Assembly: GCF_000186885.1 (NCBI RefSeq)
Contig: NC_014972.1
Location: forward strand, 660,001-692,000
Source of the DNA: Desulfobulbus propionicus DSM 2032
GTDB lineage: Bacteria; Desulfobacterota; Desulfobulbia; Desulfobulbales; Desulfobulbaceae
DNA: 32,000 nucleotides
Direction of reading: 5' to 3'
Made by a program: the position numbers and the translations under genes. This document shows, in pieces, positions 24,317 to 32,000 of the stretch; position 1 is the first letter of the stretch, and every line of letters begins with the position of its first letter. Under the pieces are notes generated by a model that worked only from the letters and a program-made list of their open reading frames with translations, was not told the origin of the DNA and did no database searches.

Positions 24317-24813
24317 GGCGTCGTGGCCTGGTACTCGCGGCGGCCCAGCTGTTGGGCGGTGGTCTCGTCGACCTCGTCCTGCCAGCCGTTGCGGGTGGCG
24401 GCAATACGGTCGAACTTGGCGGTGTAGGGTTTGATGTCCAACAGCGGCGTGTGGTCGAGGATATCCACGCCATCCAGGTGGAGCACGTTGCCTTCGATCC
24501 GGAGCAGTTCGACGATGCTCAGGCCGATGGCGTTGGGCCGGCAGGGGGCGCGGGTGGCAAAGATGCCGCGCTCGATGTCCTGAAGAAAGGGCTTGACGAT
24601 CAGCTGGGCTGGTTCCGCCCGGTGAAAATGGAAGAGCAGGTAGAGATGGGAAAATCCCTCCAGGTCTTGCAAGCCTTGGGCGAACGGGGGGAAAAGCTCG
24701 ACCCGGCCCTGACAGCCCTTGGCGTAGGCGGGCTGGATCGGCGTCTGCTTGGCCACGGTGTGTTCGCTGCGAATCACTCCGATGGGAAAATAGGTGAACC
24801 CTTGATCGCTCAT
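24313..24813 (-). CDS. trmO: TrmO/TsaA-like tRNA N6-threonylcarbamoyladenosine methyltransferase
   Basis: FTYFPIGVIRSEHT...LEGFSHLYLLFHFHRA...GIFATRAPCRPNAIGLSIVELL...GVDILDHTPLLDIKPYTAKFD. Confidence 0.85.
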   Translation of the reverse strand: MSDQGFTYFPIGVIRSEHTVAKQTPIQPAYAKGCQGRVELFPPFAQGLQDLEGFSHLYLLFHFHRAEPAQLIVKPFLQDIERGIFATRAPCRPNAIGLSIVELLRIEGNVLHLDGVDILDHTPLLDIKPYTAKFDRIAATRNGWQDEVDETTAQQLGRREYQATTP

Positions 24814-25176
24814 GGTCGATGCCTCCGGCCGGGGCCGCCGTCGCCCGTCAAGGGTTCTGTTCCGTCTCCTCGCGGCATTATCGCGTCCTCCTGTGGATGA
24901 AAGGCAATCCAAGATTGCCGTCAACGATGGCGGGACGACGTCCCGCCTTGCTCTTTTTTATGTTGAAGCAAGGGGGATGCCAAGTCGATACCCCTGGACA
25001 AGAGTGGCTAAGGGCTTGCTTCTGTGTATGCATGGAGGATTGGTCGTGCGGCGGGATAGCGCGAGGTGGCGGTTGTGCGACTGTTAACGATGCAATACGG
25101 TCGCGCGAGCGCTACTGTTTGAGGGCACGGGAAGATCGCGCGCCCCGTCCCTGGCAGGGCGCGTTGCGTCTGGCCC

Positions 25177-26736
25177 TCAGCGCGCCGGGCGATCGGTTCG
25201 CGGATGTTCGGCGGCCGACAGGTGGGCGCGGAGCAACAGTCGAGCCACCTCCTCGGGATTGCGCAGGTCGATACCGTTATCGGTGGGTGTGGCGTTCGCG
25301 CGACCGACGGCGGTACCGGCCCAGGCCTCGGCTTGACGGGGGTACTCCTTGCCCAGGGCGTCCAGGTTGTGGCTGGCCACCAGTTCCGGAAATTCGACCA
25401 GCACGTCGTAGGGGCCGGGCCGGGACATCACCTTGGCAAGGATGGCGATCAGGTCGAGGAGGAACAGGGTGCCGAAGACGATGGTGAACTGGAACAGGGC
25501 CGCCATCCACTTGTAGCGCTGGACAAGGGGGTGGGCGTCGTTGCCTGTTTCGGGAACAAAGATCACCTTGAACAGACCGATGGTCTCCTCCATGGGGTCA
25601 AAGCGGCCCTCGGCCTTGGCGTGGTAGCTCTTGAGCACCGGATCGAAGCGCAGCTTGTGGCTGGCCAGTTGCTCGTCGTGTTCCTGTTCCGCGCGGGTGA
25701 TCGCCTGGGTGAGTTTGTCGATCCGTTCCTTGCGTTCCCTGGCCTCGCCGAGCAGCGCCGCCTGGCGGTCGGCATCCAGCTGGGCCAGCGCCTGGTGGGG
25801 GGAATCGGCGGGATCGATCGCGGCCGCGCGTGCAAGCAGCTGCTCGTAGCGCTGCCGCGCCGCCTGCTCCGCCTTGGAGAGCAGCTCGAGATCGCGCGCC
25901 AGTTCATTGTATTTGGCGCCCTGGCCAGGCTTGCCGGTTCCGCCGCGCTCGCCGGCCAGCCGGCCCCGGGCCTCGTCCTTGAGATCCTGCTCGACCTGGC
26001 GGATGCGGGCCGAGAGCCCTTTCCACTCGGTCAGGGCCGCGGCTGTTTCCTGGTCAAGGGCCTGCCGGCGGCCGCGGGCGCTGTCCTCCTGCTGGCGAAC
26101 GGCCTGCTTGGCCAGCTCCTCGGCGAACAGCTTGGGATCGGTGGGGCCAACGGCCCGTTCCCTGGCCAGCTGCGCCCGCAGCTCGCCAATGCGGGCGCCG
26201 TCGCGGGTTTCGAGGGCCAGGCGTTCCGTGCGCTCCGCGGTTTGCAGCTCGTTGAGCCGTGCGCGGTACTCGCCCTGGAGCCGTTCGCTGATCGCCCCCT
26301 GGTACTGTTCCAGGCAGAAGGGAAAGGCGATGGCCACGCTGATCACCCCGGCCAAGCCGATGCGGAAGCAGACCTGTACCATTTTGTGCCGCCAGGGCTG
26401 AAAGGGCCGGTAGGTGGCCAGGAGGATGCGGTCGACGTTCATGATGACAAAGGCCCAGACCAGGGCAAGGAACAGGGCCAGGAGGGGCCGGGGCGACGCG
26501 AAGCGGCTGGAGGCGTACAGATACATGCCGAAAAAGGCAAGCAGGGTCGGGATCAGCACCGAGGAGCCAAGGATGGCGACCCGCTCGCGTTCGCTTTCCG
26601 GCAGCTGCTCGAGGGTGGCCGTGCGTGCTCCGGCCAGCCAGTAGAGGAGGGCCAACGGCCAGCTCCAGCGGCCTGTTTGCCGGGTCGGTCGGTCGGTCAA
26701 TCGTTTCAGGTGATCAAGAGGGGTGTTCAGGTCCAT
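25177..26736 (-). CDS. DUF4407 domain membrane protein
   Basis: Paired N-terminal TMs (STLIPTLLAFFGMYLYASS, PLLALFLALVWAFVIMNVDRILL), long coiled coil, C-terminal TM FTIVFGTLFLLDLIAILAKVMSRPGPYD. Confidence 0.82.
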   Translation of the reverse strand: MDLNTPLDHLKRLTDRPTRQTGRWSWPLALLYWLAGARTATLEQLPESERERVAILGSSVLIPTLLAFFGMYLYASSRFASPRPLLALFLALVWAFVIMNVDRILLATYRPFQPWRHKMVQVCFRIGLAGVISVAIAFPFCLEQYQGAISERLQGEYRARLNELQTAERTERLALETRDGARIGELRAQLARERAVGPTDPKLFAEELAKQAVRQQEDSARGRRQALDQETAAALTEWKGLSARIRQVEQDLKDEARGRLAGERGGTGKPGQGAKYNELARDLELLSKAEQAARQRYEQLLARAAAIDPADSPHQALAQLDADRQAALLGEARERKERIDKLTQAITRAEQEHDEQLASHKLRFDPVLKSYHAKAEGRFDPMEETIGLFKVIFVPETGNDAHPLVQRYKWMAALFQFTIVFGTLFLLDLIAILAKVMSRPGPYDVLVEFPELVASHNLDALGKEYPRQAEAWAGTAVGRANATPTDNGIDLRNPEEVARLLLRAHLSAAEHPRTDRPAR

Positions 26737-27042
26737 GAGATTCGGTATCCTTGAGGCCTCCCCTGGCAGGGAGGCGCGGGGTCGGTGGTGATGACGGCGC
26801 GCGGCCGGGGCGGTGTTTGCCCGCCACGGATCGGTCAGCGGCAGGCGGCGAAGAGGGGGAAAGGATACCCAAAAATCGGTTTTTTTGCGAGAAGAATAAC
26901 GAAAGTGAAATTAGCGCCCGGTTTTCTTGACGATAATTCCCTGGAAAAATCCCCGTCGGACTCGTACAATGCCGACCAGCAACCCCTGTTTTTCCGGCCC
27001 GGCCCACCCGCCCGGCCGAAACCGCTCAGCAAAGGAACGCCC

Positions 27043-27612
27043 GTGAAAATCGTCAACATCCTTGGCAGTCCGCGAAAAAACGGCACCAGCGCCCGCATTG
27101 CCCGGGCCTTCACCGAAACCGCCGCCACCTACGGCGCGACGATCACCGAGTATCCGCTCAACAGCATGCACTACCGGGGCTGCCAGGGCTGCGAAGGCTG
27201 CCACACCCGCTCCGAGCGTTGCGTGCTGCTCGACGACGTGACCGCGGTGCTTGACGACCTCCACCGGGCCGATATCGTCGTTTTTTCCGCGCCGGTCTAT
27301 TTCGGCGACACCTGCGGCCAGTTCAAGTCCTTTTACGATCGGATGTGGTCGTTGATCCGCACCGACGCCGGCGAGGACGAGCGCGGCAGCCGTCTGCTGC
27401 CGGGCAAGACCGCGGTGCTCATCCTCACCCATGTCGATGCCGCCGGCGCGCATGACGATGTGGTTCAACGCTATACCCTCCATCTGGAGCTGTTCGGCTT
27501 CGAGGTGCGGCCCCTCGTCGCCACCGGCCTTCGCCTGCAGTCCAGCGCCGATGTGGATGCCCAGTTGAGCGCGGCGGCCGCCCTGGCGCGCGAACTGGTA
27601 CGCGCCGGCTAG
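27043..27612 (+). CDS. NADPH-dependent FMN reductase/flavodoxin-like protein
   Basis: KIVNILGSPRKNGTSARIARAF, GCQGCEGCHTRSERCVLLDD, FSAPVYFGDTCGQFKSFYDRM; GTG start at 27043 after AAAGGA. Confidence 0.88.
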   Translation: MKIVNILGSPRKNGTSARIARAFTETAATYGATITEYPLNSMHYRGCQGCEGCHTRSERCVLLDDVTAVLDDLHRADIVVFSAPVYFGDTCGQFKSFYDRMWSLIRTDAGEDERGSRLLPGKTAVLILTHVDAAGAHDDVVQRYTLHLELFGFEVRPLVATGLRLQSSADVDAQLSAAAALARELVRAG

Positions 27613-28088
27613 CCCCCCGGCCGCGCGGCGCCAAGGGCGTGAAAAAGGGCATCGCCCACGGCGAGGATGTCCCGGCCGTAGCGGGCAAAGGCGCTCAGTC
27701 GCCGGCGCAGCTGCGGGTAGGCCGCCAGGGGGAGATCGCCCCGGGCGCAGAGGGCGAGGAGCAGCATCAGGGTGTTGTAATAGCCCAGCCCCAGCCGCCG
27801 GGCGGCGAGCAGCACCTGCCGATCTTCCGACAGCACGGGCAGATGCAGCAGGGATGCGCTCCGGCAGACCGCCTGGTCCGTGGTCCCGGTCGGGGCGGTC
27901 GCAAGCAGGGTGGCACCGGCGATTTCGCCGCCGAATTCGGCGATGACCTGGGGAATGAGCACCAGCTGAACGCAACCGGCCACGCGGGGCAGCAGCTCCA
28001 GTCGTTCCAGGTAGATGAGGGTGGAGGTATCGACGACTCCGCCCGCAAGTCCCCGCAGTGCCGCCAGCAATTTGTCCGTATCGACCAT
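27609..28088 (-). CDS. PIN-domain-like protein
   Basis: GGVVDTSTLIYLERLELLP...LIPQVIAEFG...LLHLPVLSEDRQVLLAARRLGLGYYNTLMLLLALC; ATG at 28088. Confidence 0.7.
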   Translation of the reverse strand: MVDTDKLLAALRGLAGGVVDTSTLIYLERLELLPRVAGCVQLVLIPQVIAEFGGEIAGATLLATAPTGTTDQAVCRSASLLHLPVLSEDRQVLLAARRLGLGYYNTLMLLLALCARGDLPLAAYPQLRRRLSAFARYGRDILAVGDALFHALGAARPGG

Positions 28089-28187
28089 GCCAAAGCTCCG
28101 GTTCAGTGGTTCAGCCCGTCTCGATTGTGACCCTGCGTGGCCCAAGGTACCGAGAGCCAACCCTTTTCGCAACCCCAGGAGGTTCCC

Positions 28188-29018
28188 ATGGACCTGCACT
28201 TCACCATTGACCGCGACCTGTGCATCCAGTGCGGTGCCTGTGCCGACGACTGTCCGTTTCATATCATCGACCTGACCGACGGGTATCCGGCCCTCAATCC
28301 CGCCCGAGAGCACCATTGCATCCAATGCCAGCACTGTCTGGCGGTCTGCCCGACCGCCGCCCTGTCCATCTGCGGCTGCGATCCGCACCAGTCGCTGCCC
28401 CTGCCGCAGAGTCTGCCCAGCGGTCAGCAGATGGAGGCCCTGATCCGCGGGCGACGATCGGTGCGCCGCTATCATCCGGAAGCGCTGGACCCCGCCCTGA
28501 TCGCGGACCTGCTCCGCACCGTGGCCAACGCCCCCACCGGAAAGAACAACCGCCAGTGTCTGTTCACCGTGATCGAGGACCGGGCGAGCATGGATGTCTT
28601 CCGCCGGGAAACCATGGAGGGGCTGCGCCGGGCCGTGGCCAGCAAGCGGCTTTCCGAAGGCTTGAGCTACTTCCGCCACGTGGTCACCGCCTGGGATCAG
28701 GGCAAGGACATCATCTTCCGCAACGCCCCCCATTTGCTGATGGTATCGGCTCCCCCGACCATCACCACCCCGGATGCCGACCTGCTGATCGCCATGAGCT
28801 ACTTCGAGCTGCTGGCCGCCTCCAAGGGCATCGGCACCCTGTGGAACGCCATGATCCGCTGGGCCCTGGCAACGATCGACACCGACCTGTACCGACTGCT
28901 CGGTATCCCCGATGACCACGTCAAGGGCTACACCCTGCTCTTTGGCCGACCGGCGGTCCACTATCATCGCACCGTGCAGCGCGACGAGGCGCGGATCAAC
29001 CGGGTGCGGCTGCCCTGA
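28188..29018 (+). CDS. Ferredoxin-nitroreductase fusion
   Basis: CIQCGACADDCP and CIQCQHCLAVCP, then RGRRSVRRY...TVANAPTGKNNRQ nitroreductase; ATG 28188 after AGGAGG. Confidence 0.92.
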   Translation: MDLHFTIDRDLCIQCGACADDCPFHIIDLTDGYPALNPAREHHCIQCQHCLAVCPTAALSICGCDPHQSLPLPQSLPSGQQMEALIRGRRSVRRYHPEALDPALIADLLRTVANAPTGKNNRQCLFTVIEDRASMDVFRRETMEGLRRAVASKRLSEGLSYFRHVVTAWDQGKDIIFRNAPHLLMVSAPPTITTPDADLLIAMSYFELLAASKGIGTLWNAMIRWALATIDTDLYRLLGIPDDHVKGYTLLFGRPAVHYHRTVQRDEARINRVRLP

Positions 29019-29031
29019 TGCACCGGCGGCG

Positions 29032-29067
29032 CGGTCGCCAGCCCGTCTCGATGCGGGCTGGCGACCG
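29032..29067. terminator. Strong GC hairpin downstream of the nitroreductase gene, no T tract
   Basis: CGGTCGCCAGCCCG-TCTCGATG-CGGGCTGGCGACCG (14-bp perfect stem). Confidence 0.5.
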
Positions 29068-29157
29068 TGCCAACCTTCCCTGCCAGGCCAACGACCATCC
29101 TGGCGTTCCCCCCGTGTCTTCTCCTGCCCCGCCATTGCACTGATCGCGCCCATGAGG

Positions 29158-29181
29158 CCGACCGATTCCCGTGTCGGTCGG
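29158..29181. repeat. Second inverted repeat downstream of the nitroreductase gene
   Basis: CCGACCGA-TTCCCGTG-TCGGTCGG (8-bp perfect arms). Confidence 0.5.
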
Positions 29182-29219
29182 TTGCCACCTACTTTTGCCC
29201 CGAACAAGGGAAGATAACC

Positions 29220-29724
29220 GCAGTCAGCTTGAATAACAAAAATGCAACTCTCTTTGTTGCTGTTTTTATTGGTTAAAATTGAGGGATCCGCATGCGATAT
29301 TTTTTTCTCCGCTCTTGTTTGGCTGAAATCATGGAGCAAAGGGAGGTTAAAGAAAGAAGCTGTCTGCTAAGCAAGAAATGGAGTATTGGCGAGCTTTAAC
29401 GAGTAAATTGAAGATATGGTGAAATAGTGTTTTGTGCACAACCTGTTGATAACTTTTTGAACCAAAATTTAATTATTTGAAATTATATGATATTTTCTGA
29501 TTTTTTGTAAAATTGACGCTTTCATTGGGGGTTGCGGTTGCCCCGCCGTGGAAAGCCCATTGCCTGCAAGGGATTCCAGACTGTGGACAAACTTCTTGTT
29601 TGTACCGTGAAATCGACTCAAACCGCTTTTGACCGGTGGCGGGATTTTCTGTAGATCATGGCCTATCCAACGGGCCGTTTGCGGTCCCGGGAAAAATTGT
29701 TCACGAGGAAGGGAAAAGAATTGT
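29220..29724. other. Candidate replication origin (oriC) region upstream of dnaA
   Basis: Strongly AT-rich stretch in a GC-rich window, with DnaA-box-like TGTTGATAA (29444-29452), TGTGCACAA (29433-29441) and TGTGGACAA (29582-29590), and an AT-only-like tract at 29461-29512. Confidence 0.5.
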
Positions 29725-31044
29725 ATGCTGTGGAACGCGATTAAAACCTCTTTGCACGGAGCCATACCGGAGAGCGAATTCGGCCTGTGGATCAAACCGC
29801 TGGAATGCCGGCGGCACGATGACGGGGTGTTGGAGCTTGTCGGACCGGACCGGTTTTTCTGCGCCTGGGTGGAAGATCGTTATCTGGGGCTTATTCGCAC
29901 CAAGGCGGCGGAACTGGGCGAGATCACCGACGTGCGGCTGCAAGCGGCCGCCACTCCGCCCCTGCGCTTTGAGAGCGGCAAGGGTGGTCAGCTCAAGCTG
30001 CCGGGCGTGACCAGCGCCGGGCCCCGACTGCGCTCCCTCCATCCGGCCTTCACCTTTGAGCAGTTCATGGTCGGCGAATCAAACCTGTTGGCCCGATCCG
30101 CCTGCCAGGCACTGGCCACCGGCGACGCCACCTTCGGCAACTGCCTGTTCATGAACAGCACCACCGGGCTGGGCAAGAGCCATCTGACCCAGGCCGTGGT
30201 TCACCAGGTGCTGCGCTCCGCCCCGTCCACCCGGTTGCACTATCTCACCGCCCAGCAGTTTTCCGCCGAGATGGTCAAGGGCATCCGCACCAACGCCATG
30301 GAGCAGTTCTCCAAAAAATACATCAACGACTGCGACATGCTACTGGTCGAGGACGTCCATACCCTGACCGGCAAGACCAAGACCCAGGAAGAACTCAACA
30401 CCATCCTCGACTACCTGATCAAATCCGGCCGTCGGGTCATCCTGACCTCGGCCCTGCCGCCGACCAAGCTGGCGGGCATTGACGACGATTTCCGCAGTCG
30501 CATGACCTCGGGCCTGGTCACCGGCATTGAGTCGCCCGATTACGAAACCCGGGCGCGGATCATCCGCCACAAGCTGCAGATGCACGGCCTGGGCGCGGAC
30601 GAGGACTTGGTGGGTTTCATGGCCGAGAGTCTGCAGGGCGATGTCCGCCGCATGGAGAGCGCGATCATCGGCATCAAGGCCAAGTCCTGCCTGCTGGGCG
30701 CGCCGCCGGATCTGGGCATGGTCCGGGAGGTGGTGTACGGGCTGATCGGCAGCCGGGCGGACATCACCGGCGAGGCGATCCGCGAGCTGATCGGCCGCCA
30801 GTTTCGGGTCAGCATCGAGGACCTGTGCTCCCGCTCGCGCAAGCGCTCGATCACCTTTCCCCGCCAGCTGGCCATGTACCTCACCCGCAAGTACACCACC
30901 AAGTCGCTGGCCGACATCGGCAGTCTGTACAACCGCGACCATTCGACCGTGCTCTACGCTATCAAGACCATCACCAAGGACATGTCGCAGCAGACCACGG
31001 TGCGGCAGCAGGTGGAACTGCTCTCCGCCAAGCTGAAGAACTAG
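29725..31044 (+). CDS. dnaA: Chromosomal replication initiator DnaA
   Basis: MLWNAIKTSLHGAIPESEFGLWIKPLEC, FTFEQFMVGESNLLA, GLGKSHLTQAV, DMLLVEDVHTLTGKTKTQEEL, DDFRSRMTSGLV, C-terminal LAMYLTRKYTTKSLADIGSLYNRDHSTVLYAIKTI. Confidence 0.93.
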   Translation: MLWNAIKTSLHGAIPESEFGLWIKPLECRRHDDGVLELVGPDRFFCAWVEDRYLGLIRTKAAELGEITDVRLQAAATPPLRFESGKGGQLKLPGVTSAGPRLRSLHPAFTFEQFMVGESNLLARSACQALATGDATFGNCLFMNSTTGLGKSHLTQAVVHQVLRSAPSTRLHYLTAQQFSAEMVKGIRTNAMEQFSKKYINDCDMLLVEDVHTLTGKTKTQEELNTILDYLIKSGRRVILTSALPPTKLAGIDDDFRSRMTSGLVTGIESPDYETRARIIRHKLQMHGLGADEDLVGFMAESLQGDVRRMESAIIGIKAKSCLLGAPPDLGMVREVVYGLIGSRADITGEAIRELIGRQFRVSIEDLCSRSRKRSITFPRQLAMYLTRKYTTKSLADIGSLYNRDHSTVLYAIKTITKDMSQQTTVRQQVELLSAKLKN

Positions 31045-31083
31045 CCCGCCCGCCTCGCGGTCCGGCCAGCTTTCGGGCCGAGG

Positions 31084-32000
31084 TCAGAAGTAGACCCCCT
31101 TGACCTCGGCCCGGTTCGTTGCGGTGACACCGGTCCCGATCCGGTGTGCCATCCGGCACGCCTCCTTGACCATGTCGTTGATCCCGATTCCCTTCCAGCC
31201 AAAACCGCACAGATGGAGATCGGCGTGGGCGGCATGGATCTCGTCCCGCCAGCGGAGCAACTCGGGATAGCCGGCCTCCAGCTGGGGAATGGCGGCCCGG
31301 GGCCGGAGCACGGCGCTGAAGCAGGGCGGCGGCAGCTCCATCAGCTCCTGGAGATCGGCGTGGACCGACTCGATCAGTTGATCATCGCTCAGTTCCAGCC
31401 GCTCGGGATGGCGGCGGCCGCCGACCAGGGCCTCGACGAGCTGACACCCTTGCGGCGCCCGGCCGGGAAACATGTGCGAGGAAAACAGGGCGCCGAGGGC
31501 GAAGCGTTGCTCGCGCTCGGGTGCCAGGTAGCCGAAACCAAAGGGGATGCGGGCGCGCTGGTCATAACCGAGCAACACCGAGAGGATGCGGGCTTCGGGA
31601 ATCTGGGGCAACGGCGGAGGCGTTTCCGGCAGGGCGGGGGCAAGGAGATGCAGGCAAGGATTGACCGGCAGGGCCACCACCAGGTGGCGGCAGGTGATGT
31701 CCGCCTGTTCGGTCTGCACCAGCCAGCCGCCCTCATCGCGCTCGATACCCCGGACCGGGTTGCCGTACAGGATCTCTTTTCCCGCCCGCAGACCGGCCGC
31801 CAGCCGGGTCGGCAGCATGGCCATGCCGCCGCTGAAACTGGTCATGGCCGGCAGGTGTTTCTTGCCTTTTTTCGCTCCCTTACCCTTCCGCATTTTGTGG
31901 ACCACGCCGCGAATCACCGAGCCGTGCATCCGCTCCAGCTCACGCACCCCGGGCATGACCGCGTCGATCTTCAGCCGCTCGAAGTCGCCGGCATAGGTGC
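31084..32000 (-). CDS. Protoporphyrinogen oxidase-like flavoprotein (5' end outside window)
   Basis: SFSGGMAMLPTRLAAGL...VVVALPVN...LGALFSSHMFPGRAPQG...LVEALVGGRRHPE...LHLCGFGWKGIGINDMVKEACRMA. Confidence 0.82.
   Translation of the reverse strand, partial: TYAGDFERLKIDAVMPGVRELERMHGSVIRGVVHKMRKGKGAKKGKKHLPAMTSFSGGMAMLPTRLAAGLRAGKEILYGNPVRGIERDEGGWLVQTEQADITCRHLVVALPVNPCLHLLAPALPETPPPLPQIPEARILSVLLGYDQRARIPFGFGYLAPEREQRFALGALFSSHMFPGRAPQGCQLVEALVGGRRHPERLELSDDQLIESVHADLQELMELPPPCFSAVLRPRAAIPQLEAGYPELLRWRDEIHAAHADLHLCGFGWKGIGINDMVKEACRMAHRIGTGVTATNRAEVKGVYF

Noticed and set aside
25139-25163. GC-rich inverted repeat after the DUF4407 stop (CGCGCCC...GGGCGCG)
   Set aside because: Short arms, no T tract on the relevant strand; not a confident terminator.
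25204-26754. 516-aa ORF antisense to the DUF4407 gene
   Set aside because: Shadow ORF without domain features; DUF4407 frame has TM and coiled-coil architecture.

Overview
GC-rich, sulfate-reducer-like (Desulfobulbales-type, by inference) chromosomal window. Contents: the 3' end of a pstS-like gene plus pstB; a large orphan hybrid histidine kinase; a ZIP metal transporter; an HMG-CoA-lyase-like enzyme; a three-gene signalling operon (GAF/PAS histidine kinase, membrane PAS protein, sigma-54 response regulator); a tightly coupled operon (degenerate ISXO2/IS1595-like zinc-ribbon protein, FtsH-type protease, 5-heme cytochrome c, Tat 4x[4Fe-4S] protein, NrfD/HybB-like quinone subunit, pseudo-histidine kinase); two small membrane proteins; a cytidylate-kinase-like gene; a radical SAM/MBL/thioesterase/TrmO cluster; DUF4407; FMN reductase; PIN protein; ferredoxin-nitroreductase; an AT-rich oriC candidate; dnaA; and a partial protoporphyrinogen oxidase. 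The most interesting signal is a probable undescribed regulon at about 6.79-19.81 kb. An interrupted palindrome, GCCRC-N6-GTGGY, occurs 7 times plus one single-mismatch copy, in exactly three intergenic regions. Each region also carries a -24/-12 (sigma-54) promoter-like sequence. These regions precede the kinase/regulator operon, the transposase-like/ftsH/cytochrome/FeS/NrfD/pseudokinase operon, and the small-membrane-protein pair. I propose the sigma-54 regulator at 9802-11598 controls all three. This is inference from sequence only; no searches were run.
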